Assembly: GCA_963716175.1 (NCBI GenBank)
Contig: OY970296.1
Coordinates: 512,001-576,000 of the forward strand
Length of the DNA stretch: 64,000 nt
DNA from: an uncultured Armatimonadetes bacterium
Lineage (GTDB): Bacteria > Armatimonadota > Hebobacteria > Hebobacterales > Hebobacteraceae
Direction: 5' to 3'
Made by a program: the position numbers and the translations under genes. Below are positions 1-10,452 of the stretch, piece after piece; within the stretch, counting starts at the first letter, position 1, and the number at the start of each line of letters is the position of its first letter. Under the pieces are notes generated by a model, which was given only the letters and a program-made list of their open reading frames with translations, was not told the origin of the DNA and ran no database searches.

Positions 1-488
1 GCAAGTCGTATTGGGAAGGGTTCAGATCGGCTGCTGATTTCGTGGTGATGTTCATACCGGGCGAGTCCTTCCTCTGCGAAGCGGCCGCCAGCGACCCGGC
101 CCTGCTGGATGACGGCGCACAGAAGAACGTCATCCTTGCAACTCCCACTACTTTCATTGCCCTGTTGCGAGCCATAAACTTGGGCTGGAGGGAGGAAAGG
201 CTCGCCAAGAACGCTGAGAAGATCAGTGAAGCGGGCCGACAGCTTTACGACGGGGTTCGCACTTTCACTGATCATCTTCTGGAGGTGGGCCAAAGGCTAG
301 ACACTGCTGCCAAGTCATATAACAAGGCGATTGCCTCGCTCATGAGCCGCGTCTTACCGAGGGCACGCAGGCTCCGGGAACTGGACGCCGGAACCGGCGC
401 GGATTTGCCGGAACCGGCGCTGATAGAGACTCAAGTCCGGTATCTGGAGAGACCAGAGGAGCCAGAGGAGCCCGCACAAGGCCCGTGA
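1..488 (+). CDS. rmuC: DNA recombination protein RmuC, C-terminal part (5' end outside window)
   Basis: Frame open from base 3 (KSYWEGFRSAADFVVMFIPGESFL...VILATPTTFIALLRAINLGWREE), typical RmuC C-terminal motifs. Confidence 0.85.
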   Translation, partial: KSYWEGFRSAADFVVMFIPGESFLCEAAASDPALLDDGAQKNVILATPTTFIALLRAINLGWREERLAKNAEKISEAGRQLYDGVRTFTDHLLEVGQRLDTAAKSYNKAIASLMSRVLPRARRLRELDAGTGADLPEPALIETQVRYLERPEEPEEPAQGP

Positions 489-500
489 CGGCCGTGGTTC

Positions 501-565
501 GTAGGGGAGCCCCTCTGCGGGCTCCCGGCCGGAGCGTGAGGGCGGCAGATAAGCTCCTGCCGCAC
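501..565. repeat. GTAG-tagged REP-like palindrome pair between convergent genes
   Basis: GTAG at 501, then GGGAGCCC/GGGCTCCC (505-526), and a second hairpin GCGGCAG/CTGCCGC (542-563). Confidence 0.5.
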
Positions 566-568
566 GGG

Positions 569-1360
569 TCAGGAACCGATCCCTTCGGAAGCGCCGGCCA
601 CTTGGCGTTTGACCTTCTCCCTGCCGGCCGCCAGAGCCTTCTTGATGTCGGCCTGGGAGAGAGCCGTGAAGCCGGAAACCGCTAGGTCCTTCTCAATTGC
701 CTTGGCAGTGGCTTCGTAGAGGTTCTCCAGCGCGTTCATCACGGCCTCTAGGTGCGTCCCATAGAGACGCCCTAGCTCTTGGTCCGTTCGTGTCTGTACC
801 TTGATCCTCCAGGAAGAGAAGCTAGAGAACGCCTCCCAGAACGCAAACTGCACCCGGGCGGCAAGAATCACCGGATTCGAGTGCACGAAGCGGGCCAGCT
901 CGACTAGGCGCGTATCCGTGCGCCGCGCGTCTTCCCGCTGGACATCAAGATCCGGGGTACTGGGCTCTTCGAAGAACCGAGGCGAGCAGTGCTGGTTCTT
1001 GGGCCACCGCAGGAGTTCAAGGCCGGTCTGTATCAACGGGAGCTCGTGGACCAGTTCGGCTAGGCACCGCATAAGTTCGCCGTACGCTGCGATTCTCTGC
1101 GCTAGCAGCAACTCCTGAAGGCGCTCCCTCCTCAGTCGGCGATGCCGCAGCAGATCGGCCAACAACATCATGCCTCCCGTTAGGAGGCTGCCCACTAACA
1201 CGCCGACGAATGCGCTCCAGCCCGCCGGAATGTCTCTTAGGTCTCGCGGCGGTGCCGCCGTGTTCACTCCATGCCCTGCAACTCTCCCCGCGTCACAAAA
1301 GGGGGGCGCTAGCAGCAGGAGCAAGTAGCTCATCGCAAGGACCACACGCCATCTTCTCAT
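569..1360 (-). CDS. Hypothetical membrane protein
   Basis: ATG at 1360 with AGGAGG RBS; hydrophobic N-terminus and a TM segment (WSAFVGVLVGSLLTGGMMLL); no family recognised. Confidence 0.6.
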   Translation of the reverse strand: MRRWRVVLAMSYLLLLLAPPFCDAGRVAGHGVNTAAPPRDLRDIPAGWSAFVGVLVGSLLTGGMMLLADLLRHRRLRRERLQELLLAQRIAAYGELMRCLAELVHELPLIQTGLELLRWPKNQHCSPRFFEEPSTPDLDVQREDARRTDTRLVELARFVHSNPVILAARVQFAFWEAFSSFSSWRIKVQTRTDQELGRLYGTHLEAVMNALENLYEATAKAIEKDLAVSGFTALSQADIKKALAAGREKVKRQVAGASEGIGS

Positions 1361-1413
1361 CGCCCCTCCTCTCGCTTCCGCAAGGGATCCTTCCATCTTC
1401 CGGCCCGGCTGGT

Positions 1414-2256
1414 CTATCCCTCGAAATCCACAGCGATCTCTTTCGCCAGCCCCATCACATATCTCCGCGCCTGATCGTACTCCTCCGCGGTCTCCAGGTG
1501 CTCCAGCAGCACCGGCGGCTGGTGGGGTAGCTTCTGAACCTCCAACAGATGAGTCTTGATGTCGAATCCGCCCTGCCCCACCATCACCTCGTCCAGATGC
1601 ACGGTGAGCTTCTGGTCCAGCCGCACGTCCTTGAGATGGCAGCACAGGATCTGCGGGCCGAGTTTGGCAAAGCACTCGCGGATCAGCGCAGCGTTGTCGT
1701 AGTAGCGCCGCGGGCTGTTGACGATATTCACCACGTCCAGGTGCACGCCGAAGGCGGGCCGGCCAATAGCTTTGACCAGATCGAGATAGGAATCGGGGCT
1801 GTCCGGGATCGCCCAGGGCATCATCTCATAGGTCAGCTTAGCCCGCTTCGGACGCACCGCGTCGACGATCTCGCGGGCATTGGCCACCGCCAGGTCGAAG
1901 GTGTCCTGAGAGAAGTTGTGGGGGTGGTGGCCAGCCCAGTAATCGGCGTCGCGAGAGCCGGCGATGTTCACGCAGCAGAGCGCGCCGACCGCATCCGCCA
2001 ACGCCAGAGCGCGCTTCATCCCCTCCAGGTTGGCGGCGCGCTTCGCCTCATCCGGGTCCATCAGGTTGTTCCACACTCCCACTTCCGCGATCACCACATC
2101 GTGCTTGGCGAACGCCTCCCGCACCGCGCGAGTCCCTGACTGGTCCTCGGGGTCGAGATGGGGGCAGTAGGCCGCCCGGTAGCCGAGCGCGCGGTGGGCG
2201 CGGGCAAGCTCCTCCGGGTCGGCTGTGTCAACGAAGACCGGTCCACCTAGTCTCAT
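1414..2256 (-). CDS. Sugar phosphate isomerase/epimerase (xylose-isomerase-like TIM barrel)
   Basis: MRLGGPVF start; YEMMP, VHLDVVN, CHLKD and LLEHL metal-binding motifs. Confidence 0.8.
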   Translation of the reverse strand: MRLGGPVFVDTADPEELARAHRALGYRAAYCPHLDPEDQSGTRAVREAFAKHDVVIAEVGVWNNLMDPDEAKRAANLEGMKRALALADAVGALCCVNIAGSRDADYWAGHHPHNFSQDTFDLAVANAREIVDAVRPKRAKLTYEMMPWAIPDSPDSYLDLVKAIGRPAFGVHLDVVNIVNSPRRYYDNAALIRECFAKLGPQILCCHLKDVRLDQKLTVHLDEVMVGQGGFDIKTHLLEVQKLPHQPPVLLEHLETAEEYDQARRYVMGLAKEIAVDFEG

Positions 2257-2374
2257 CTCACTCCTCCCATCCCCTGGCTTCCGCAAAGCTCCCCTCTGCC
2301 CTGCACGGCGCCGCTCTGGGCCCAGGCAGGAGGCTGCTGACTTGGTCCCGAACTCTGCGGCCGGAGGAACGCGC

Positions 2375-3992
2375 ATGCAAGCTTGGCTGTCCAGTTCATT
2401 GGTTCGCCACTATCCCGGGTCGCGGCCCCGAAAGCGCAGCAGCCCTCGACCCGGGCGGCGGGCAGGCCTCACGCTCCACGCCGCGCGGGGAGAGCGTTTC
2501 GTTTCAGGCTGCGTTCCGCAGCGATGATCGAGACCTCAAGGTTCGCGCCTCCGCGAGCTCACGGGAGCCGGTGGCAGTGCGAGTGCGGCGCGTCGGCTAC
2601 GTGCCGCTGGCTCACTTCTCCACAGAGACGCCGCCGGAGGAACTGGAGGGCCTGGGGTATCTGCCCGGCCTGGCGCCGGATCCGCTCTTCCCAGAGTCGG
2701 AAATCCATGCGGGACCATACGAGACCAACGCCTTCTGGATCAACGCCGATGTGCCGGCCGATACCCGCCCGGGCCCCTATCCAATCAGCGTGACCCTGTC
2801 GGCGGAGGGCGAGGAGACGCAGACACTGACCGCGACGGTGAGAGTCCACCGCGGGGTGCTGGCCCTGCGCCGCGACTTTCCCGTCACCCACTGGTTCTAC
2901 GCCGACGCGCTCTGCGACTGGTATAAGACTGCGCTCTGGCAGGAATCGTTTTGGCCCCTCCTCGATGCCTATCTCCGGGACCTGGCGCTTCATAACCTGG
3001 ATACCACCCACATTCCTGCTTTCACTCCACCCACCGACGGGGTGAAGAGGCCCACCCAACTGCTGGGAGTGAGCCGTCAGGACGACCGCTACCTCTTCGA
3101 CTGGACCCTGGTGCGCCGCTGGATCAGGGCGGCCCGGGCCCAAGGCCTGTCACACGTCGAGTGGAACCACCTCTTCACCCAGTGGGGTGCGAAATGCGCC
3201 ATCCGCGTCTACCAGGGCCATGGCGAGGACGAGAAGCTGCTCTGGGCGCCCGAGACGCCGGCCGTTTCGGCCACCTACCGCGGCTTCCTGGCCCAGTACC
3301 TGCCCCAGCTCCGGCGCTTCCTGGAGGAGGAAGGGCTGACGGAAAGCAGCTTCTTCCACCTCTCGGACGAGCCGCATGGGGAGGAGCACCTCGCCAGCTA
3401 CCGCGCCGCCCGCCAGATGCTGCGCGAGCTGGCGCCCTGGATGAAGGTGATGGACGCGCTCTCTCAGATTGAGTTCGCGCGCGAGGGGCTGACCGACGTC
3501 CCCATCCCGATTCTCGACGAGGCGCCGCAGTTCGTGCGAGAGGGCTTCCCGGCCTGGGCTTACTTCTGCTGCGGCCCCCGCGGCCGCTACCTGAACCGCC
3601 TCCTGGATACGCCCCTGCAGAAGATTCGCATGGCCGGCTGGCTTTTCTACAGGAACCGCGCCCGTGGCGTCCTCCACTGGGGGTACAACTACTGGTACAA
3701 GTCGCAGACCAGAGAGCTGATTGACCCCTATCAGGTGAGCGACGCGCTGGCCTGGCCCAGTTGGGCCTCAGGCGACCCCTTCCAGGTCTACCCGGGGAAG
3801 GCCGGGCCGGTGGACTCGATGCGATGGGAGGTGTGGGGGGAGAGCCTCCAGGATTACGGGCTGCTGCAGACGGCCGGTCTTGATCCTGATGACGCTCTGC
3901 TCGCGGACATCCGGGACTATGCCGATTTTCCGAGAGACGCAGGATGGATCAGCTCGCGCCGGAGACATTTGGTCTCCCGGCTGGGCGCGTAG
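2375..3992 (+). CDS. DUF4091/GH123-like glycoside hydrolase; frameshift near 2500
   Basis: MQAWLSSSLVRHYP...LHAARGER joins SFQAAFR...VRRVGYVP in another frame; HLSDEPH, LHWGYNYW and SGDPFQVYPG...SMRWE motifs. Confidence 0.7.
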
Positions 3993-4040
3993 CCAGGCAG
4001 AGATGGTGGTCAGCAGCGCGATGATGTTTGTGCAAAAGGC

Positions 4041-4070
4041 TTGACGCGACCGGGCGGCGCCGCCTATAAT
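4041..4070 (+). promoter_or_regulatory. Sigma70-type promoter with a palindrome in the spacer
   Basis: TTGACG-18 bp-TATAAT; GGCGGCGCCGCC at 4053-4064. Confidence 0.65.
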
Positions 4071-4173
4071 TGCGTCTGCCGTATCCAACAGGAGCCTGGG
4101 GCGGGCGGTTCCGTGTTCAACGGGGCGGCCATCGTTCCGTGTCCCTGAACTGTCCTGCATCCAAAGGGGTCAG

Positions 4174-4788
4174 ATGGCGGACAAACAGAGCGAGGAAAAG
4201 GATCTTCTGGAGCCGGTCGAACCGGGCACGCTCTTGCAGCAGTTGAAGCTCACCACCGGCAAGGCCGCGCAGTTCTGCGGCGTCTCGCGACGACAGCTCT
4301 GCTACTGGACGGACACTGGCATCGTCTCCTCCCTGGAGAGCGAGGAGGAGGACGCCAGCGACGACGCCGGGCGGCGCTCCTACGATTTCGAGTCCTTGCA
4401 CCGGGTGCTTCTCATACAGCAGGCGCTGAAGCACCAGCCGGGGCTGCGCCGCGCTGCTCGCGAGGTGGAGCAGCATATCGCCGCCCGACGGCGGCGGGGG
4501 GAGGAACTCGCCACCTCTATCGAGCAGAAGCGAGAGGATTTCCTGACCGAACAGGCCGACTTGCTGGAGGGCCTGGCCGGCAGGATCCGGGAGCATCTGC
4601 CTCGAGTCCAGAACCGGGAGCGAGTGCTGGAGCTGTACCGGGGCCTGGAATGGCTGTCCCGTCTCGCCGACCGGGTGCTGGCGGGAGAGCTGCTGCTGGA
4701 GGAGGACCCGCAAGCCTGTCTGCGGTTGGCCTCGCTCATCGAGCAGGCGCAGGCCAAGCTGGAGGGCCTGGACTCGGGCGGCCTCTGA
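4174..4788 (+). CDS. MerR-family HTH transcriptional regulator
   Basis: LTTGKAAQFCGVSRRQLCYWTDTGIV...GRRSYDFESL wHTH followed by a helical C-terminus. Confidence 0.7.
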   Translation: MADKQSEEKDLLEPVEPGTLLQQLKLTTGKAAQFCGVSRRQLCYWTDTGIVSSLESEEEDASDDAGRRSYDFESLHRVLLIQQALKHQPGLRRAAREVEQHIAARRRRGEELATSIEQKREDFLTEQADLLEGLAGRIREHLPRVQNRERVLELYRGLEWLSRLADRVLAGELLLEEDPQACLRLASLIEQAQAKLEGLDSGGL

Positions 4789-4812
4789 CGCGGGGGGCAG
4801 CGGGCGCCGGTC

Positions 4813-5544
4813 ATGAGCCAAGTCCGTATCGGCACCTCCGGCTGGACCTATGACGACTGGAAAGGTGTGTTCTACCCGCCGGGGCTCTCGCCGCGGCGCT
4901 GGTTGGAGCACTACGCCCAGGAGTTCGATACCGTCGAGGTGAACGCCACCTTCTACCGCCTGCTGCCGGAGAGCGCCTTCGCCGGCTGGGAGAGCCGGGT
5001 GCCCGAGGGCTTCCTCTTCGCCCTGAAGGCCTCGCGCCCCATCACTCACCTGAAGAAGCTGGCCGACGCGGAGGAAGAGCTCTCCCGCTTCCTGGCCCGA
5101 GCCGAACTCCTCTCCCATCGCCTCGGTCCCCTCCTCTTCCAGTTGCCGCCGCAGTGGCCGGTGGACGCGGCGCGCCTGGAAGCCTTCCTCTCGCTGCTGC
5201 CGACGCGATTTCGCTGCGCCTTCGAGTTCCGCGACCCGAGCTGGCTCACCGAGCCCGTGTATGCGGCGCTGCGCAAGCGCGGCGCGGCCCTGGTCCGGGT
5301 CTCCGCCCCGCACTTCCCGGATGCCGATGTCGTCACCGCCGATTTCAGCTACCTGCGCATGCACGGAGACCAGCGCACCCATGCCTCTAAGTACTCGGCG
5401 CCGACCCTGACCCTGTGGGCGCGGGCGATCGCGGGGTGGGCGGCCGCAGGGCGCGACGTATTCGTCTACTTCAACAACGACCTTCACGGCTACGCGGTGG
5501 AGGACGCGCGCGCCCTGCGGCGACTCGTGGCACAGCAATGCTGA
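4813..5544 (+). CDS. DUF72 domain protein
   Basis: IGTSGWTYDDW, FDTVEVNATFYR, LFQLPP, AFEFRDPSW, YLRMHG and YFNND motifs. Confidence 0.9.
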   Translation: MSQVRIGTSGWTYDDWKGVFYPPGLSPRRWLEHYAQEFDTVEVNATFYRLLPESAFAGWESRVPEGFLFALKASRPITHLKKLADAEEELSRFLARAELLSHRLGPLLFQLPPQWPVDAARLEAFLSLLPTRFRCAFEFRDPSWLTEPVYAALRKRGAALVRVSAPHFPDADVVTADFSYLRMHGDQRTHASKYSAPTLTLWARAIAGWAAAGRDVFVYFNNDLHGYAVEDARALRRLVAQQC

Positions 5545-6614
5545 GCGTGGGCATCGTCGGGCTCCCCAATGTGGGCAAGTCCACGGTCTTCAACGCCCTC
5601 TCGCACGGCGGCGCCAAAGTCTCGAACTACGCCTTCTGCACCATCGAGCCCAACCGGGCCGTCGTCTCCGTGCCCGATCCTCGCCTGGAGCGAGTGGCCG
5701 CCATCTTCGACCAAGCGCGCGCGGTGCCGGCCGCGATCGAGTTCATTGACATTGCCGGTCTGGTGCGCGGCGCCAGCCGGGGCGAGGGCCTGGGCAACCA
5801 GTTCCTGGCCGCCATCCGGGAGGTGGATGCCATCTTGCATGTGGTGCGCGCATTCCCCGATCCCCAGATCCCACACGTGGAAGGGAGCGTGGACCCGGCG
5901 CGAGATGCGGAGATCGTCGAGCTGGAGTTGATCCTGGCCGACCTGGCGAGCGTCGAGCGAAGGCGAGAGCGGTTGCGCCCCGCCCTCAAGGCGCACTCGG
6001 CCGAGGCCGAACAGGAGGCAGCCGCGCTGGACCTGCTCGCCGCTCACTTGAACTCCCAGCGGCCCGTGCGGGTGCTGCCCGATCGTGACCGGATTCTCCC
6101 CGCGCTCCAGCTCTATCTCCTCACCGACAAACCTGAAGTCTACCTGCTCAACGCGGGAGAGGCGCCGGGGGAGGCACAGGCGCTGGTCGCGCAGCTCCAG
6201 GCTCGACTCGACGGGCCCGTGGTCGCTCTTCCCGCCAAGCTGGAGGCCGATCTCGGTGAACTGGAGGAGGCCGAGCGCGCGCAGTTCACGGCCGAGATGG
6301 GGGTTTCGACGAGCGGCCTGGAGCAGGTGATCCATGCCTGCTACCAGGCGCTCGACCTGGTGACCTTCTACACCGGGGTGGGAGCGGAGGCGCGGGCCTG
6401 GGCGGTGCCGCGGGGAACCGAGTTAGAGGTGGCGGCCGGCCGCATCCACACCGACATGGGGCGCGGGTTCATCCGGGCCGAGGTGGTGGACTTCGCGAGT
6501 CTGGATCAGGCCGGATCGTGGGCGGAGGCCCACCGCGCCGGGCGCGTCCGGACCGAAGGCCGAGACTATGCGGTGCAGGATGGAGATGTGATTCTGGTGC
6601 GCTTTCATGTGTAG
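5538..6614 (+). CDS. ychF: Redox-regulated ATPase YchF
   Basis: GIVGLPNVGKST, FCTIEPN, DIAGLVRGASRGEGLGNQFL, IHTD..RGFIRAEV. Confidence 0.95.
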   Translation: MLSVGIVGLPNVGKSTVFNALSHGGAKVSNYAFCTIEPNRAVVSVPDPRLERVAAIFDQARAVPAAIEFIDIAGLVRGASRGEGLGNQFLAAIREVDAILHVVRAFPDPQIPHVEGSVDPARDAEIVELELILADLASVERRRERLRPALKAHSAEAEQEAAALDLLAAHLNSQRPVRVLPDRDRILPALQLYLLTDKPEVYLLNAGEAPGEAQALVAQLQARLDGPVVALPAKLEADLGELEEAERAQFTAEMGVSTSGLEQVIHACYQALDLVTFYTGVGAEARAWAVPRGTELEVAAGRIHTDMGRGFIRAEVVDFASLDQAGSWAEAHRAGRVRTEGRDYAVQDGDVILVRFHV

Positions 6615-6666
6615 GCAACGGGGCCCCAGCTGGGCCGTGCTTGCCGGCGGCACGGCCCAGGCTGCC

Positions 6667-6696
6667 TTGACAGGGCAAATTGGGCTGGTATAGAAT
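6667..6696 (+). promoter_or_regulatory. Sigma70-type promoter
   Basis: TTGACA-18 bp-TAGAAT. Confidence 0.6.
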
Positions 6697-6726
6697 ACCT
6701 TTGGCCCTGCTGTGGTATTGAATCGG

Positions 6727-6961
6727 TAGGGAGGGCTGGTGGGGGCGCCTTGCCGTCGCCGCGCTCGGTAGGGAGCAAGCAGGCCCGTAGGGGTAGCTGC
6801 GAAGTGAACCCGACCGGCCTGGCAGGAAACGCGCGAACGGGCGCGAGGGACGGTGAAGGATAGTACCGAGAGCCAGCCGAAGGGGTTCCCGATAGAGCCA
6901 GGGGCGTCGCCCTACGCTGACGCCGAAGATCGGCCTGAGAGCAGGTCGCCGACCTTCCCTA
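6727..6961 (+). ncRNA. Candidate structured ncRNA or leader RNA, family unknown
   Basis: Closing helix 6727-6742/6946-6961, nested internal helices and a 7-bp loop pairing; no credible ORF; promoter immediately upstream. Confidence 0.45.
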
Positions 6962-6993
6962 GGGGCCGGGGCCGCCGACACAAGGACCACTGA

Positions 6994-8088
6994 ATGCCGG
7001 AGCTACGACGGGACCCAATCACCGGCGAATGGGTGATCATCGCCAGCGAACGGGCCAAGCGGCCTCGCGATTTCGGGCAGCGCCCACGCGAGGAGTTCAT
7101 CGAGAACGCCCCCTGCCCGTTCGATCCCGGGAACGAAGCCATGACCCCGCCGGAGATCATGGCCTTCCGCCACCCCGGTAGCCAGCGCAATGGGCCGGGC
7201 TGGTGGGTGCGGGTGGTTCCCAACAAGTACCCCGCCCTGGCGGTGGAGGGCAGCCTCAACAAGACCGGCTTTGGTCTGTACGACTGGATGAATGGGGTGG
7301 GCGCGCACGAAGTGATCATCGAGACCCCCGAGCATGACAAGCCCTTCGCCCTGCTGGACAATCGCCAGATCGAAGATGTCTTGTGGGCCTACCGTGCCCG
7401 CTACCTGGACCTCAAGAAGGACCCCCGACTGAAGTTCATCCTGATTTTCCGCAACTACGGCCGCGTGGCTGGAGCCTCACTCAGCCATCCGCACTCCCAG
7501 CTTGTCGCCACCCCCATGGTGCCAGGTGAGATCGCACTGGAGCTGGAGGGAGCGCGCCGCTACGAGAGCTATCGAGAGCGCTGCGTCTTCTGTGACATCC
7601 TGCGCCAGGAGGCCGATGAGGGGACGCGGCTGGTAGCGGAGAACGACCACTTCATCGCCTTCGAGCCCTTCTCCTCCAAGTTCCCCTTCGAGACCTGGCT
7701 GCTGCCGAAGCGGCACTGCGCCTCCTTCGCCGCCATCCCCGCGGAAGAGCAATCAGCCTTCGCTGCCATGCTGGGCGAAGCGCTGCGCCGCATCCATGTC
7801 TGCCTGGACGACCCGCCCTACAACTACAATATCCATACCGCTCCCTGCGATCGGGACGACCGCGACGATTACCACTGGCACCTCGAGATCTTCCCACGGC
7901 TGACCATCGCAGCGGGATTCGAGATGGGCACCGGGATCTACATCAACGTGACGCCGCCCGAGATCGCGGCCCGTTACCTCCGGGAGGTCGAACTCACGCG
8001 TTGGACCTCGAGCCGGCGGCCACCCGGGTGTCCGCCGATCACAATCCCGGGTAGGTTGCGTCTGAGATCGGTGAGGTCACAGGTTTGA
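6994..8088 (+). CDS. galT: GalT-family nucleotidyltransferase (galactose-1-phosphate uridylyltransferase-like)
   Basis: MPELRRDP, CPFDPGNE, VPNKYPAL, GASLSHPHSQ catalytic HxH, AGFEMGTG. Confidence 0.85.
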   Translation: MPELRRDPITGEWVIIASERAKRPRDFGQRPREEFIENAPCPFDPGNEAMTPPEIMAFRHPGSQRNGPGWWVRVVPNKYPALAVEGSLNKTGFGLYDWMNGVGAHEVIIETPEHDKPFALLDNRQIEDVLWAYRARYLDLKKDPRLKFILIFRNYGRVAGASLSHPHSQLVATPMVPGEIALELEGARRYESYRERCVFCDILRQEADEGTRLVAENDHFIAFEPFSSKFPFETWLLPKRHCASFAAIPAEEQSAFAAMLGEALRRIHVCLDDPPYNYNIHTAPCDRDDRDDYHWHLEIFPRLTIAAGFEMGTGIYINVTPPEIAARYLREVELTRWTSSRRPPGCPPITIPGRLRLRSVRSQV

Positions 8089-9842
8089 CGGAACAGTCGA
8101 GCTCAGCACGTCCGAACGAAGAGATACGCGCCGAGCTGGAGCGTCTGCGCGGCCAGATCGCGCGAGCTGCAGGAGGCCAAACGCCAGCTCGAGGCCGAGC
8201 TCAGGGATACCTCGGGCTCGGCGCCAGCCCCCATCACCAGCGCCGCCGAACTGGAAGCGACCCTGCGCTGGTTCCTGAGCCGGGTAGGCACGATCCTGCA
8301 GGCAGAGAAGTCGGTGCTGATGCTCTACGATCAGGAGAGCGGCGAGCTGGTGGCGCAGTGGCCAGCCCAGGGCCTGACCCGGGACGAGGTGGAGATCTTC
8401 CGCGTGCGCGCCACCCAGGGAGTCTCGGGCCAGGTGTTCCGGGAGGGACGCCCCATCATCACCGATGATGCCATGAGCGACCCCCGCACGGTGAAGGAGA
8501 ACGTCGCCCTGCTCAATCTGCACAATGTCCTCACCGTGCCTCTGGCGGTGGAGCGGAAGGATGCCGAGGGCCGGGTGGTGGAGAAGACCAACATCGGGGT
8601 CTTCCACACCTTCAACAAGCGGGGAGGACAGCGCTTCACCGAGGAGGATGTGACCCTGCTCACCGCGCTCGCCCGCAGCGCGGCCTCGGTCATCTCCAGC
8701 GCCCGACTCTACATCGCGGTGGCGGACGAGAAGCGGGAGCTGGAGCGCACCCTGCAGGGCATGCTGGCCGGCGTGCTGGTGGTGGACGGCAAGGGCCGGG
8801 TGCGGCTGATGAACTCGGCGGCGAAGCGCATCTTCGGGGTGGCCAGCAGCGACGGCACGGGGCGGCCGCTGGCCCAGGTGGTGCACAACGAGGAGGTGCA
8901 CGAGCTGGTGCGCGCCTGCCTCAGCGGCAAATCGGAGGCCAACTCCGAGCTTTCCATCTACATGCCGGAGGAGCGCATCTACCAGGTGCAGACCGCGTTG
9001 CTGCGCTCTGACAGCAACGATGTCTCCGGCGTGGTCGCCACCTTCAACGACATCACGGAGCTGCGCAGCGTGGAGCGGATGAAGAGCGAGTTCGTCTCCA
9101 CCGTATCCCACGAGCTGCGCACTCCTCTGACCTCGATCAAGGGCTTCATCCGCACTCTGCTGGACGATACCGAGGGGTACTACGACCGGGAGATGCAGAT
9201 GGAGTTCTACCGCATCATAGACACCGAGTGCGACCGGCTGGTGCGGCTCATCTCGACCTGCTGAACCTCTCCCGGATCGAATCCGGCCGCACCCTGGAGC
9301 TGGTGTTGACCGAGGTGGACCTGGGGCGGTTGACCGACCGGGTGGTAGAGAGCCAGCGCTCCTACACCAATAATCACCAGTTCGACCTGATCATGCCCAG
9401 CGACCTGCCGAAGATCACCGCGGACCAGGATAAGATCGAGCAAGTGCTGACCAACCTGCTGTCCAATGCCATCAAGTATAGCCCGGACGGGGGGAAGATC
9501 ACGATCTCGGCGCGCCAGGTGGGAGAGAATGTGGCGGTGAGCGTTTCCGACCAGGGGATCGGGATTCCGGAGGAGCATCTGGGGAAGCTGTTCACGCGGT
9601 TCCACCGGGTGGATTCGCGGGATGCGCGCAAGCAGTATGGGACAGGGATCGGGCTCTATCTGGTGAAGCACCTGGTGGAGGCGCATCGAGGGGAGATCAC
9701 GGTGGAGAGCCAGGTGGGCGAGGGCTCGACCTTCACCTTCGTGCTGCCGGTTCACCTATCCCTGGATGACGAAGCCAAGCAGGTCGTGCCCAGCCCGCCA
9801 GACAGCCGGCGGGCAAGCCCGCCTCCGGGGGGACCGCGCTGA
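8085..9842 (+). CDS. GAF-PAS sensor histidine kinase; frameshifts near 8160 and 9253
   Basis: GAF (NKRGGQRFTEED), PAS, H-box SHELRTPLTSIKG, N-box NLLSNAIKYS, G-boxes DQGIGI and GTGIGL spread across three ORF pieces; no adjacent response regulator. Confidence 0.85.
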
Positions 9843-9938
9843 CCCCTGCGTGGGGCGGACCTCTACCGTGTTGGCTGCTGGCAGTGCCAGGTCCCGGCGA
9901 CGGGGCCTTCTGTTTTCACCTGGCGGCGGGGGAATGGC

Positions 9939-10421
9939 GTGAGCGAGCAGCGGCCTAGCTGGGATGACTATTTTATGGAAATGGCGCGGGTGGTCTCCCG
10001 CCGATCCACCTGTCTGCGCCGGAGCGTGGGGGCGCTGCTGGTACGGGACAAGCGCATCTTGACCACTGGCTATAACGGTGCGCCGGCCGGCCTGCCGCAC
10101 TGCGAGCAGGTGGGCTGTCGGCGAGAGCAGTTGGGCATCCCCTCCGGGGAGCGGCAGGAGCTGTGCCGCGCCCTCCATGCCGAGCAGAACGCGATCATCC
10201 AGGCCGCGCTGCACGGCGTGAACACTCGCGGCTCTGTGCTCTACTGCACCACCCAGCCCTGCGTCACCTGCGCCAAGATGCTGATCAACGCGGGGGTGGT
10301 TCGCGTGGTGTATGAGGGCGCCTACGCGGATGAGATGGCAGTCGAGATGCTGCGCGAAGCGGGGGTGGAGCTGGTACAGCAGCCGGCGGCGGGAGAGCCC
10401 GTCATACCCCCGGCGTACTAA
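9939..10421 (+). CDS. dCMP deaminase (ComEB family)
   Basis: [31 protein letters not shown]. Confidence 0.9.
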   Translation: MSEQRPSWDDYFMEMARVVSRRSTCLRRSVGALLVRDKRILTTGYNGAPAGLPHCEQVGCRREQLGIPSGERQELCRALHAEQNAIIQAALHGVNTRGSVLYCTTQPCVTCAKMLINAGVVRVVYEGAYADEMAVEMLREAGVELVQQPAAGEPVIPPAY

Positions 10422-10452
10422 GAGATGGCGTGACCCTCGGCAGCGATTGGGG

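Noticed and set aside
4117-5538. Long antisense or alternate-frame ORFs (also 11435-12796, 17553-18893, 30595-31998, 37821-39314, 58475-59419)
   Set aside because: Shadow ORFs expected at high GC opposite well-supported genes; no recognisable motifs.
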